A stretch of 64,000 bases of DNA, taken from assembly GCA_009103225.1 (NCBI GenBank), contig RHPI01003156.1:226537-290536 (forward strand), written 5' to 3'. The position numbers and the translations under genes are program-made. Below, in pieces: positions 35,250 through 48,605 of the stretch. Position 1 is the stretch's first letter. Each line of letters opens with the position of its first letter. The stretch is from Chlorokybus atmophyticus. Its lineage: Eukaryota; Plantae; Mesostigma and Chlorokybus algae. The notes beneath the pieces are model-generated. The model ran no database searches and was not told where the DNA came from. It saw nothing but the letters and a program-made list of their open reading frames with translations.

Positions 35250-37743
35250 ATGCCGCCCACATGTGCGCTGCTGCTGCTGCTGCTGACGGCGTCCTCCGCC
35301 GCGGCGCAGCGCAACACCGAATCCTGGCCGTCGTCCACCGGCTATACTACTGACGTGAGCCATGTGTGTCTTGTATGCTGCTTGTTGACGAGCAGCAGCC
35401 TGCCTGCCAGGACGCATGAATGCGCACCTGCCTGACTGCATGGTGCATGCAAAGTGGCGCACGCACTTGCGAGCACATCGGAGAGTTTTGAGCCTGTTGC
35501 ATTGCAGCGCACAAATGGACATGCATCCCATCGCGCGCGCCCTCAATCCGCTGTCCCCGCACAGGTGTCGGACAAGCACATCCCCATCGATCCTAGTGAG
35601 CGTTGCGACGACGTCCTCGCTCGCTTCTCTTTCGCGCAGCCCGGGCAGGTGGTCCAGGCGGACTTCTTGCCCTTCGATGCGACTGGGAACTGCGAAGGCC
35701 CGCCGTGTGGCACGGACTCAGCATCGAGGCAGCCTTTCAGACGAGCGACTTCGTACCTGCGAATGGCATCGTCGGCGGATGGATTGGAGGTCAGTCGTGA
35801 GACCGTGCGTGTGTGTCATGGGGTACCGGTGCACCTAGATACCCACGAACACAACGATACTTGGTCGCTTGTTATCCATCCCCAATCAGTATGTGTGACC
35901 ATATGAACGTGCCTTGTGTTGACATGTGTGCGTATACTTGTGCGCGTGGACGTGCATGCATTCAGAGTGCAAGTGTGCACAGTCACTTTGCACACTGCGT
36001 GTTTGCGTGTGCGCATCGCAAGCGCGCGCATGCGTCCGCAAGTGTGCTTGCTTGCTTGCTTGCTTGAGTACATGTCTGCCACAACTGCCACAACTTGCCC
36101 CACTTGCTACAGACGTGGAGATCATGCGGGGGCTTTTCCCAGAAGGAACGTTTTCTGCTTTGGACTCCCCTGATCCCCGAGGAACCAAGCGGTGGAGAGA
36201 ATTGAGAAAAGTATTACACAGGTCAGTGGCTCTAGCTTGCTTCTGCACTGTTGTTATAGCAAAAGTGGACTCTGTCGGTCATTACTACAACCAACACAGG
36301 CCACATTGATCAGCCCAACCCCGCTCTCTGACACTTCCATTCACGCATGCGCAGTTCTCATCTCTGATGGGCAAGAAGCGGACGGCCATCTCCATCGTAT
36401 ACAACAACGACGGCAACCAAGACGCTCCCGTCCTCAACGCCACCATCACGCTGAGCTATTGCAACATTTACAAAGACTACTACACAAACTACCCCGAAGA
36501 TGCGGCAGTCTTCCCGCCCATCGTGCTCCGCATATCTCGAGGTAGGCGGGTTGTGTCCGTGACGGTGGTATTATGTCATGCTTCACACATCGACATGCAC
36601 ATGCTGATGTTCAGGCGGGGTCAACATAGCGCCGTGGATCACGCTTGCGCCATCAGGTGGGACAAGCAGCACCACACTCAGGCTGCCCCGCAACATGGTG
36701 TCCGCGAGCATCGAGGTGAGGAGGGGTCACACATTGCCACCTTTGCCAACCTCATGTCCTTATGCATGCATCTCCCCAGGTGATTAACGTGGCCGTGCCG
36801 GGTGCTCCTTCCCTCAGCACGCAAGTCGATGAAACGGACAAGCAGGTTCAGGTGCTGGTGGACGGTGTCACGGCCGGCATCGCGCACATCGAATTGCAAC
36901 GCCTCCACGAGCCTCTGCCACTCAGCTTCAGCGTGGCCATCACGCCGATGGTGGGACGCCTCGTCGACGGACGCACGCACACCTTTGCGTTCAAGAACCC
37001 GCATCAAGGCGTGAGTGATACAAGGGACTGCGTGTATGCGTGTCAGTGTCACGCTGATTCAGATAGTGCTTTGACAACTAAGACGAATGCAGCGTCTGCT
37101 GGTGGTTGGGGTTATGTTTATATATATACGTGGACAAGCGCGCGAATCGCACATCCGGCACGTTGTTGGAGTCGTCCACGAGCGGCCCGTTCCAGCTCGG
37201 CTCCGGGTATAACCCGCACTGCAACACCGACGATGACTTTTATAACTGCAACTACCAGACGGCTAACTCTAGCGTCATGCTCAGGTGAACTATCAAGGTA
37301 AGAAAAGCAGCTGTTTACTCGCATCATCACCACTGATGTTGTTGCTGCTGCGCTGGCGTGCATGGCATTTGACACCAATTGTCACTCAGTCTTGGCTTGG
37401 TCAGTCCTCGGTGGGTGTAGTATACATCAACGTGACGCAGACTTCCAACTTGATGGTGACGAAGGAAGGGGGCTACTGCAATGGGGTAGAAATGCATCTG
37501 CGCGTCGACCAAAAGATGTCTCGCGGCAACACGCCAATGCGAAGCATGAGTATCGAGAATACGGAGAGCGCGTACGCCTTCATTGATAGAAAGTTGGCTG
37601 CGCCCACATCGAGCGTGTGGACGTGTCGTATAGTGTTATGCGGACAAGGCAGGGAGCGTTGTTGCGGAAGCAGTATTATAGCTCGCAAGTCAGTAGCAGT
37701 GCCATTCCAGTGGAAGATGTCACTAGGACACCGAGGATGGTGA
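35250..37743 (+). CDS. Uncharacterised secreted protein (multi-exon)
   Basis: Signal peptide MPPTCALLLLLLTASSAAA-QR. Successive exons (VSDKHIPID.., DVEIMRG.., KKRTAISIVYNND.., VINVAVPG.., SSVGVVYINVT..) with GT-AG boundaries, several Cys and N-glycosylation sequons. Internal exon structure is partly uncertain. Confidence 0.65.
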
Positions 37744-39002
37744 TTCTGAATTTGTGTAGGCGGACTTTGACAAAGACGGACGATGCTTCACGCTCAACAC
37801 CACCAGGAAGTATGACACATGAATAGGCACCACCACCACAAGTGTGCACACCGTCGAATGTCCGCTGTGCAGTTAACATGAGCGGCATAAAAAGGGTGTT
37901 CTGCATATGGACATGCCAGTTGTACTAGCGGTAGCATCTTGTGGCCAGTGTATTTTCTTTTTGAGTTGTAGTAACAGGTTGCTGTTATGCGTACGGCGTG
38001 TGCATATACATTTGCATGATGCATGCATATGTCTATATACCACGTGCATGCAACGTTAATGCATGCTGGTGCACATAGCAAATGCACATGCCGTGTACAT
38101 CAAATGCAGGACATGCATGCGCATGCACAACGCGTAGTCCAGTCAGCACGCAGCAACAAATGCAAGGTGTCGTACAAATGACATTTAGTTGACCACCGGG
38201 CTACTACTAGCACGCTATTCTACTGCCTCTACCCCGTTAGACATGCAGCAGTCAATATGCAGTTGGTAATCACCTGCCCACATGGCCGTTGTGTAAAGCA
38301 GAATAGATGTGTGCGCGGACGGTATGTGCGCATCCGTATCTTGTTGTGAGCGATGGTGCTCATGCTTGTACCTAGATGTGCGTGTGAGTGCGTGTCGAGT
38401 AAGCGTGCCTGCGCTTGCGTACACGCGTGTGCATGTGGATGCATGTATGCGCGCGTGGGTATCTTGTGTACATACCAGTGTGCTCATGCGTGTATGCCAG
38501 GCATGGTGCAAGTGAGTGCGCGACCGTGTATGCACATGGTTGTGGGGTTGCATGGGAGTGCGTGCACGCGTTTTGATAAGTCCATGTGGCGTGTAAGCAT
38601 GTGTCCACAACGCTGATACGTTTTCGTGCCTCAATGGCACTACGTGGGTATCAACATCAACTCTGAGCTGCAACAACGCATGGAAACCAGATGCGCGTGT
38701 GAACTTCTTGCAACCAGGTAACAGCCAAAAAACCACTGGTGCGGCACTGTTGCAGTCTCGTTGCACAAGCTCTTACTCGATGACCTGTCTATTGCTCAAA
38801 CCTGAGGTATGTACGTACCATCCGCAGGATGCACTCAACTCCTATGCTTACAGTGTCTCAAAACAGTCCATCCTACACTTGCAGTGTGCAAATTTAAAGT
38901 CCTCAAGAGCATGTTCGCGCTACACACGAAGCCTGCTCTTCTCAAGAAGTCACCTTACCGAGGCAGAGTAAGCCCTTCTTTGGGGGAATAGAGACCACTT
39001 TA

Positions 39003-40140
39003 CTATGCGATAGTAGCGGGAGGCACGAACGCGGGGTCGCATCTGTACTCCAGGCAGCCATTGTTCTTCTTGGAGGGCCAGCTGGCGAGGCGATAGCCGG
39101 GGGAGCAGGCCGGGATATACAGGGGGCAGATGGGGTCAGGCACGCATCCGGTCTCGACAAAGCACCTGAAGGGTGTGCGTCGCCACACGACCCTGTCGCC
39201 GCGGATGCAGAAAAAGGAGGGGCCGGACCGGCACGGCACGTCGCGGTCCGGTATAGGGATGAACTCCTGGTCGATGGCGAGGACACCTGAACTGCTGATG
39301 GATCCTGTCACCACCGCCCCGCGCTTGAGCACGCGGTTCTGCAGCCAGGTGTAGTCCAGGAGAGTCAGCCCCACCTTCTTGATGGGTGCAAAGGAGAGCT
39401 CGGAAACTCTGTACGTGGTTGCGGTGTTCAGCACGGTGGCAACGAGTCCGTCCTTCGTCTCGTCCACCACGTAGACCGTGTTGGACGTGGGCTTCACCCC
39501 CGGCAGGCCCAGGTATATCTGCACCACCTTGAACACCTGGATGGTCTTCTGGCAGGTGCTGGTATCGGTGCTGCAGGGAGATGATGTTTCGCAGTAGCAC
39601 TCGGTGACGGTGAAACCCTTGAGGGTGAGCTGCCCAGGTGCGGAGCTGTTCAGCCACTTCTGCACCCTGTTCTCGTCAGCATCTTTGCCAGATGCGGACT
39701 CAATCCTCGCCACGTACACCGGAGCAAACGTCTGGATGTTCACCTGATCAAGGGTTGAATGTAAGGGATCAGTGTTGTGTTGGACCACATGGGTTGAAGG
39801 CCACTGAGTTCCCTGTGCGATGCATGGAGTGCACGTGTGCGAAAGACTCTATGCATGGGCATCGGAGACAAGCAAGTCAGCTGAGTGCAGCTACCTGTGT
39901 GTGGTGTACTTACGCAGTTACGTGCAGACCAGACCAGCATGCTATGGTTTGGTGTACAGCTGTTTGCATCAACTGCAAGCTCACCGGACTGACGCGGTAT
40001 CCGCCGCAAGGGGTGGTGAAGCACTGTCGGTCGTCCCGCACGATGTTCGTGATGACCTGCAAGGCGGGCGTCGCCTCTACTACCACTGCGATAGCGAGGC
40101 ACAACACCAGCGCCACCGACAACACCGACACCCTCGCCAT
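39003..40140 (-). CDS. Secreted Cys-rich protein, DUF6748-like (2 exons: 40140-39985 and 39743-39003; 298 aa)
   Basis: Signal peptide MARVSVLSVALVLCLAIAVVVEA; RDDRQCFTTPCGGYRVSP|VN; C-terminal RCFVETGC..CPLYIPACSPGYRLASWPSKKNNGCLEYRCDPAF. The phase-0 GT-AG intron joins the exons in frame. Confidence 0.85.
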
Positions 40141-42943
40141 CCTGCCCAGCAACGCCGCCGCCAACAACACTGCGAATCAAACGAGACTGGAGCAGCTTTA
40201 CGCACATGCCGTGATACCGTCAAAAGAAACAGGGGTTGTTGCTGGAAGGTAATGAGGCCCTTGAGCCCCGCGACAAACTCTGCTTTTTGTCCGTAGCAGG
40301 TAGCATCTTGATAGCAGGAGGGCATTTTAAACATTATCCAACTGCGAGTGGTACGGTGGCGCTGATGCGCGTGCCATGACACGTGTTGTGTGTTCCGAGG
40401 ACAGTGTGTCACTGCTACGTGTCGGGGCGTGTTGCCGTTGTACGGTATTCCCAATGCCTAATGCGGTTGTAAGAATTTTGAAATTTTTATAAGTTCAAGA
40501 TGACTTCTCAAAGGGTTACGCTTTGGCGGACAAGCATGTGTATAGTGTAGCTTGAAGTTGGGCTGTACAGGTGTTTCTTTACCCCCAGCCTCAACCTTCA
40601 TCCTTGTGTGGCCAGATCACACAGCAAGTCCCCAACACGAAACTCAGTCCTTATGTGGTATCCACACAAGGTTTCTGGTAAGGTTGAAATGCGGGTATTG
40701 TGGCATATACAGAACCAATTAGGTGGAGGTAATAAAAGCTATCAGTCTTCAATTACCCATGCTTTCTTTAACAACTACCCGCACGCATTGAGAACTATAT
40801 ATACATAATTAAGACAAGCTGATTACACCCTGCTTGTGCTGCATTCGTACACATTATTGATGCAACCGTTAGATATCTTTATGCTTTACACGTTAGCAAT
40901 CCTTGCAGATTGTTACGATAGTGCAACAATGATTGCAAAAGTATGCGCCGTATTAAATAAGCAATTTGGTATACATTGCATATATGCATGTGTAATGTAT
41001 ATTGTTCAATAAAAGTCCGCGTTCTTTCGTTTGTGGTAGCGTTTCATGCTATAATAGCTTATGGTCCATAACGCAATGATTAAAGTGTCATCGCGTATGA
41101 TTGATGAAAAGCGTGACATGAAGACCAAAAGCGAGTTTGGGACAAAAAATTGATAAAAAGAGGGCAAAAGTAAAGGTTGGGGCTTGAATATCGGCGAAGT
41201 GAAATGTGAGAGATTTGATGTTGATATGCAAGTCACAATTCTTATTTTCAACCATGCTCACTAACATCACTATCACTACCTATCACTACCATGCTTATTT
41301 AACCGTGTTATGTGTTTTTGTCATTGTCCCACTCAAACGTGCCAAAAGATCGCATACTGCAGGGAACATCATCTGTCCACTCGGTGGACTGATTGTCTTC
41401 AATCAAACATGGCAGCTGGTGACCATTTGTCTGGTTGATCTTGATGTGTAGACCTTAGCTCTGTTTTTAACAAGGTTGAAACACTTAAACTTATTAAAGC
41501 CATTGTTTTAAAAGAGTGCAGCATTTTCAATCACTTTCAATCAACATACACAACAATGGACAGCGTGTGTTACGACGAGGGTTCGACCGTCATAAAAGAT
41601 CATGGTGGTAATTATGGCTTTTTTCTCTTCCTATGTATCACGTCTCGAGCGCGCGAGCTCTGTAACAGCGCGTCTCTGTGTGTGTGTGTGTGCGCGTGTG
41701 TGCGTACATGATTTGCTGCCAATAGTTGTAGACATGCAGGACATTACTCACAGCATGCCAAACAGCATGCAAGCACATTGTAACACAACCACCGGGCTAT
41801 ACACACTGTTTGTTCCAACCTCACTACACTACACCAAATTAGACCTCCTCGTTAGACATGCATACATGCATATGAGTAGTGCATTACCTGCCCACACGGG
41901 CTCTGTTAGTTGGCGTTGACAACGGCAGCTACAGCAGCAGCAAGGATGACGACTCCCTCCTGTGTGTGCGCGCGTGCGCGTATAATATTGAATAGGATGC
42001 AAGGATGTGTGTATTAACAACGGAACTTCGAGGGTATGTGTACCGCATGCGCTTTAAGGATTATCTTGGTTGGTGTGGGGGGAGGGAGGGGGGGGCTATC
42101 GAAAGCGAGGCCTGAAGGGCCTCATTTGTAAAGCATAACTCACACAAGAGTTGCAACATGATAATAGCTTCGTAGGTGTACATTTAAAGATTGCTCTCAT
42201 TATTATGAATAGGTCAACGAGTGAGCGGCTGGTGATGGTACATAGGGTAATACCCTGGGGGCAGCACTCACAATTAATACGCAACAACATAAAGCAATAA
42301 GACTAACACCACTGCCAACAGCAGCACTGAGCACAGTGATGACGCTGTGGCGCTATAGCTATGTGCTAAACCAAGCAAGTAGTGTAGTTACGGCAAGCAG
42401 GCAAAACGTATAGCACCGCGCAGCTACTTGCAGCAACAAAAGGGTACATCTGACCTAAGCGCTTTGGTTCGGTTTGCAAAACACTACACTTACCATCTGG
42501 TTTACAATATTTCTACAAAACTATCAAACACAATCTGAATCGATATATGAAGCCGATAATTGTGGCAATAATAGCCTTCGTACAGCGTGTTCACATAGAT
42601 TTGCATTAGCAAGTTGTACATTGCATCTTTTGTACACCAGCACCTGGCTACTGTTGAAGAACATGTAAGACCATTAATATATCATAACTAGGTTGAGTTT
42701 GGAAACTCCCATTTCCATTGAGGTATTGCTACAAAGACTTGTCCGCAGACTTTGATGTCCCGTTTCCATATATAATCCAGTCCAATCACTACTTACAAAT
42801 GGAGGTTGCAAAGCTCGAACGATTATGCATACAAGCAGCCATTATGCGTTCATAACCCCGCGTGTGCACAAGAGTTGACACGCTACCATAAGTGCATGCA
42901 TGGTGTCAAGCACGCTGCGCATATCAACGCTACACCAACCACC

Positions 42944-43035
42944 ACCACCGGGCTATTACTCTCTACTTTCTGGCTTCACTACCTGCCTGCCCCGTTAGTC
43001 ACACGTAAGCATGCATGTTGTTGATCATCACCTGT
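42944..43035 (+). repeat. Short dispersed repeat, one of four copies in the window
   Basis: ACCACCGGGCTA...CTACTTTC...GTTAGTCA...AAGCATGCA...GATCACCTG, homologous to the reverse complement of 62228-62318. Weaker copies at 38192 and 41788. Confidence 0.7.
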
Positions 43036-43682
43036 ACGTGCGCAATCGTAGCAGCGTCAGCTATGACCAGCTCAGCTCTTGCAAGCAGCAAGCAGCGTGT
43101 GCATCATGCCCGCCCTTCCCTCCCGTACCTTCCCGCCTCCCACTTACTCCGCCATCCTTCTCATCGCCCTGAGTGTGAACACTAAATAACTATTGCCTAG
43201 CGCACGCAGACATGTCCACTCATACATGAATTGGCACCAATATGTGCGTGCATAGGAGTGCGTGCACACACATAAGCTTAAAAGGTACTGCATAAATGCA
43301 GGGAACACGCTCATGCTTGTGCGCTACTGGGCGCACGCAGATGCACCTTTGGCGTTGAGGCACTTGCGGCACTCCGAGCGCCACGATCCTTGCTTGACGT
43401 CCTTTCTCTGCATGAAGAGCTCCCATGAGAAGGGCACGCCGGACAGCCTGCAGGCCACCTGTGCAGACTCCCAATTGCAATCGAGACGAGTCGACACGTT
43501 ACTCCGGTCCTGTAAGACGTAAACAAGTGACGAGAGCAAATGGGCCTGTACATACACAGCAGAGGCACGCAAGTGTACGCGTGCATGGTGGTCAACGACA
43601 ACACACAACCCTCTTGCCAGACAACAAGTGTTCTGCGTGACTACAGAGATAGCAGAAGCTTAAGCTGTGTAGCGTCGCTACG

Positions 43683-45193
43683 CTATGTGGATACGGCAGA
43701 GATGAAATACTCGTGATAACCGTTATTGCGGGGCGGACCATACACCACAACCAATCCCGAGGGACCGAGATTATAACCCATTATCTTCTCGCAATTGTCG
43801 GGGGCATAGAACTGGAGACTATCCTCGAACAGATAGACTGTGATGTACTGATCTGTTAATAGATTAAGGAAGAGTCCCTCCCTGTTCGGCTCCTGCTCCT
43901 CGACCGGTTTGTCTTCATTTATATCCGGGAACACTCGCGCCGCTGCATACGCCCCTTCGATACTCCAGCTGCCTCTGCGGAACCGCAAACCATCTGGGGA
44001 CACGATGTTTCTACGCAGACATCGGTGGAGGAGCGGCATCATGACATTGTTGTCCTCGTCGTCGCTGTCGCCGCTGTAGTGGATTCCCGAGCTCAGGGTC
44101 GATACAGACTCTTTCCACAACTAGCGTCTTGGTGTCGTGAACACTATAGCAGAGCACTCGTGTTGAGATGAAACGAGGAAAGTGACGCAACCCTCGCCAA
44201 CACAAGCGTCCTCGACCCACTCTCCATCGTTGAGATGTACGTCCGCAACGGTCGCTTCACCTTCCAGACGGATGCCAGACGGATTGCGCAGGTCGGTAAC
44301 TCGGCACAGCGAGGCTTCTGATGCCGTGGAGCTTGCCAGCCCATAGCGCACATGCAAGTACTCATGCGCAGGATCTAGTTCCTTCTCACTTGTCTCCCGG
44401 CGATGTCGACCACAGTGACACTGGGCTTGTCATCAACGATGTAGAGAACGTGCGAGTCGTGGTCAGCACTCAACTTGCAATCGCTGTCCATATCAAGTTC
44501 GAAACTGTACCATTCGGTGCACGTGGTCGCGTCCCAGACATCAACTAAGAGCGGGCCCGGCTCTCTCTCGTTGTATCGCTCGCCGAAGACCAGGTAGCGG
44601 TCGCCGCACCAGCAGACAGAGCAGGACTTGTCCCAAGTAATGGTAGCAATCGCCTCGGACATGGACATGGCCTTCATCGCACCTGCACCTGGGCCAGGCC
44701 CTTGCCCGAGCCCGGTGGATGCCGGCGCATACCTCCCTCGGGCTACGTGCCTGTGAGATGTGGTTACGTGTTCTACGAAAAGAAAAGAACAAAAAGAAAG
44801 ACACGCATGCCGTACCGTGGAAAGAGACTCGCGCATGCTGTGTAGGTTGTTGACCAAGGCGATGTCCTCGCCTTGGTCAACAATGAGATGCCTGGTGGCG
44901 ATGTCCTTCCATAGTCTCGAGGGTCGAGCGGCATCGCGAAATTCCCGGCTGAGCATGGCCACGCGGGCTGCTACGTCGGGCCCACCCAGGACCATGATGT
45001 GTTGAACCAACACAAGAGGTAGATCGCCAAAGGTGTTGTCGTCTTCCAAGTTATAGAACTGCCCCTCCCCGAAGTGGTCCAACCATTCCATCATAACACC
45101 AACGCGTCTATCACCGGCTCCCGCAACGATAGCGACGTCGGCGTCCACGAGCTGCTGCAAACACGCAAGCTTTCGCGTTATACCGGCACTCAT
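43683..45193 (-). pseudogene. F-box protein with a putative beta-rich C-terminus; in-frame TAG at 44123-44121
   Basis: FGDLPLVLVQHIM...VAMLSREFRDAARPSRLWKDI is F-box-like. The frame continues through ...TPRR*LWKESV... to 43683. The ORF track mislabels this ORF as plus strand. Confidence 0.65.
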
Positions 45194-45528
45194 TCGATCA
45201 CATCAAAGAGGTTGTTGTGACCTACGCCTGCGCGCATGCACGACGCGTGTGCGTGCAGGCGTAGGTGGTCACCAGAGCCTTGATTTGCAACTACGCTAGC
45301 GTTTACCTGTAGGCATTCTTAGTGTCCTGTGTGGTAGCCTCCTGCGTTACTGTTTATGTGCTTGTGAGCGCTTGCATGAGTGTGTGTGAGAATGTGTCAT
45401 GGGATGACTGACATGCGGCTGCGGCCATTGCATGCCCTTACACAATAACTCGTGCCAGCTCATGTATATGTGGTGGCCAAACCTATCCAAGTCGTCAACA
45501 CTGCCGGAGGAGAAGCATCCCCCTCCCC

Positions 45529-46091
45529 NNNNNNNNNNNNNNNNNNNNNNNNNNNNNNNNNNNNNNNNNNNNNNNNNNNNNNNNNNNNNNNNNNNNNNNN
45601 NNNNNNNNNNNNNNNNNNNNNNNNNNNNNNNNNNNNNNNNNNNNNNNNNNNNNNNNNNNNNNNNNNNNNNNNNNNNNNNNNNNNNNNNNNNNNNNNNNNN
45701 NNNNNNNNNNNNNNNNNNNNNNNNNNNNNNNNNNNNNNNNNNNNNNNNNNNNNNNNNNNNNNNNNNNNNNNNNNNNNNNNNNNNNNNNNNNNNNNNNNNN
45801 NNNNNNNNNNNNNNNNNNNNNNNNNNNNNNNNNNNNNNNNNNNNNNNNNNNNNNNNNNNNNNNNNNNNNNNNNNNNNNNNNNNNNNNNNNNNNNNNNNNN
45901 NNNNNNNNNNNNNNNNNNNNNNNNNNNNNNNNNNNNNNNNNNNNNNNNNNNNNNNNNNNNNNNNNNNNNNNNNNNNNNNNNNNNNNNNNNNNNNNNNNNN
46001 NNNNNNNNNNNNNNNNNNNNNNNNNNNNNNNNNNNNNNNNNNNNNNNNNNNNNNNNNNNNNNNNNNNNNNNNNNNNNNNNNNNNNNNNNNN
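45529..46091. other. Assembly gap (N run) flanked by poly-C
   Basis: Run of n characters. Confidence 0.99.
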
Positions 46092-46660
46092 NCCCCCCCC
46101 CTCTCGCCAATGCCAAGACCATGTATGCGTAGAGTGAAAACTACACGCACGCACGCACGCACTTGTGCATCTGTGCAAGCCACCACCCCTGCTTGTACAC
46201 GAATGTGCACACTCTGAGCTTGCACGCTTAGTTCCCATGCGCAGAGCTCTTTGCATCGTCCGCAAGCACATGCGCAGCTCGCTGCAACGACGCGCATGCA
46301 GCTCTGCCATATGCCTCACGCCCCACCAAACTGTTGTGTGCATGGCCACGCACCTTCCACAGCTCCTCCATGGTGAACAGCCTCTCAGACTGTCCCCGCA
46401 TGCACACGGCTTTAAACAAGCTGTTGCGAGGCAGTGCCTTTTGGTCATCACACGTTGGGTTGCACACCAGGCTACTGGCCCACGGGACAGCCACCCGTGT
46501 TGGCGCACCGGAGGCGCTATGCATGGTTGCTGGTGTTAGTCACCGTCGTCCTCCCTAAGCGCCACGCCGCTGCCGCCGCTGACTTGACTACGACGACGAC
46601 GGCTACATCGACAAGGAGGAGCTGCAGAACTCCAGCGTCGTCGTCGTCGTTGTCGTCGTC

Positions 46661-48605
46661 ATGGAGGAGGCCAAGGCGGCGGCGTACTACGAGGAGTTGC
46701 TGGCGAAGGGCGCCGGGGCGGCGAGATCCAAGCAGGGTCTCGGTTTCTCCTCCTCCGCACCCACCCACAGCAGCAGCCCCGTCTTCATCCCTGGCCATGG
46801 CAGGGACCGCGACAGAGACCGAGAGAGGCGGAGGAGCAGGAGTCCCAGGAGAAGGAGGAGTAGGAGTCCAAGGAGAAGTAGTAGTAGTAGAAGCCCTCCC
46901 AGGAGAAGGACGAGTAGGAGTCCTCCCAGGCGGAGAAGTAGTCGGAGTCCTTCCAGGAGGGGCAGGGAGCGGGACAGAGGTGATGGGAGGGTTGGCGGGG
47001 AGTCCGGTTTCAGGGGTCGTATGCGTGAGCTGGGTTTGTCTGGTCGTCGGCGGGGCAGCGGTGGGGACGCCAGGCTGCAGCCCGTCAACAGCCTGGAACT
47101 CACACCTGGATGGGACGCCATGGTGCGACATCCATGCTGGTCACTCACTCACTCATTCACTCCCTTACCTGCATACTCACTCACTCATCCACTAATTCAT
47201 TCATCCTTTCAATCATCCATTCGTCCATCCTTTCAATCAACCATCCGTCCATTTGAGACTGGCTCGTTCGCTCACTGACTCACGCATTCGTTCAATTTGC
47301 CTCCACTCGTTCAATGCTTCATGGACTTGTTCGAACTCACCTCCTGCATGACAGATGTTTGGTGATGACTCGTGTCCCATTGCAAGTGTCACTTGTTGGT
47401 GCATTCTGTTGGTCCATTCTCACTCTACAGTGGTCCTGTGCGTTTTCGTGCTGTGTTGCCACGCCTGTGGCAAATGCGCATACCATGTGTTAGGGTGGTT
47501 GCCTAGAAACTGTGTCCACTTGGCACCACCGTGTCATTGTCGTTTCTGTGCGGCATTTGCTGCGCACGAAGTGTCACGCAAGCACCATACACACACTCGT
47601 GCGTATGTGCGTGCGCATCATGTGCGTATGTGTAGGTGGGTGGGTGAGGGTGTGGGTGAGGGTGAGGGTGAGGGTCGGTCAGTGGGTGGGTGGGAGCGAT
47701 GCTGTATCGTTTTCGAGAACATCATGATACACGTGCAGACACCGGCGGAGCGCGTGAAGGCCAAGATGAAGCAGCAGCTCCAAGCCTTGCGTAAGCTCGT
47801 ATGCATCAAGCCCTCATGCACACATCACAGCTTCACAACACATATTGACTGCTTGTGCCCTAACACATAACCACACTATTGCAGCATCGGGTGTCGCAAA
47901 TCCAGATAATGACGCCAGCAATGGCAACGATCGCGGATGGGAGCGATACTCATTCAATGCCGCGGCTCCCTTAGACGAAGACCGTAAGCATGGCATTGAG
48001 TGATATGATGGCATTTCTGCAACATAGTGGGTTGAGCACCTATTGGTACAGAGGCTGGCAAGGAGACAGAGGCGGAAGCTCGCGACGCAAAGGATCTTCA
48101 CGTTACAAATGTGCCGTTCGTGCTGCCCAAACCCACAAAAGCCCAAACAGAGGTCTGTTTGCAAGCTGCATGCATGTGGGTATGTGTGAGCGTGCGTGCG
48201 TACGTACGCGCACGTGTGTGCGTGTGGTGGATGTGGTGAGTGTTAGTGTGTGAGTGTATGCGCTTGTGTGCATTGATGCCGAGATCGCATGAACTCAGGC
48301 TGATCACGATGCGGCCATTTTTGGGACAACGGACACGCACGATGAGACCCCGCAGGATGATGGCAAGGAGGTGCTGGCATCATCATCGCCTGTTCTACTG
48401 AATGAGAAGGTGACCCATACACTACCCTGTAGTTCAATTTCTTTAAGAGATATGGGACGTGCTAGCTACTAATTGTACCTCATGTGTTCAGATCTTACAG
48501 TCTCAGAAATCACTGCCTTGGCAAGAGCGCGTACGCCTTGCGCGGGCCGAGCGCGCGACTCCTGGGGTGTCGAGATTGGCGGGCAATGCGGCTGACATTA
48601 CCTAG
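46661..48605 (+). CDS. Conserved uncharacterised plant-type Arg/Ser-rich protein (multi-exon)
   Basis: MEEAKAAAYYEELLAKGAGAARSKQGLGFS, RS repeats, TPAERVKAKMKQQL, GWERYSFNAAAPLDED, ADHDAAIFG and LPWQERVR match, in order, motif blocks I recall from a land-plant family. Confidence 0.8.

Noticed and set aside
45347-46540. ORFs spanning and flanking the N gap
   Set aside because: Open only because of Ns. The flanking peptides match nothing I can recognise.
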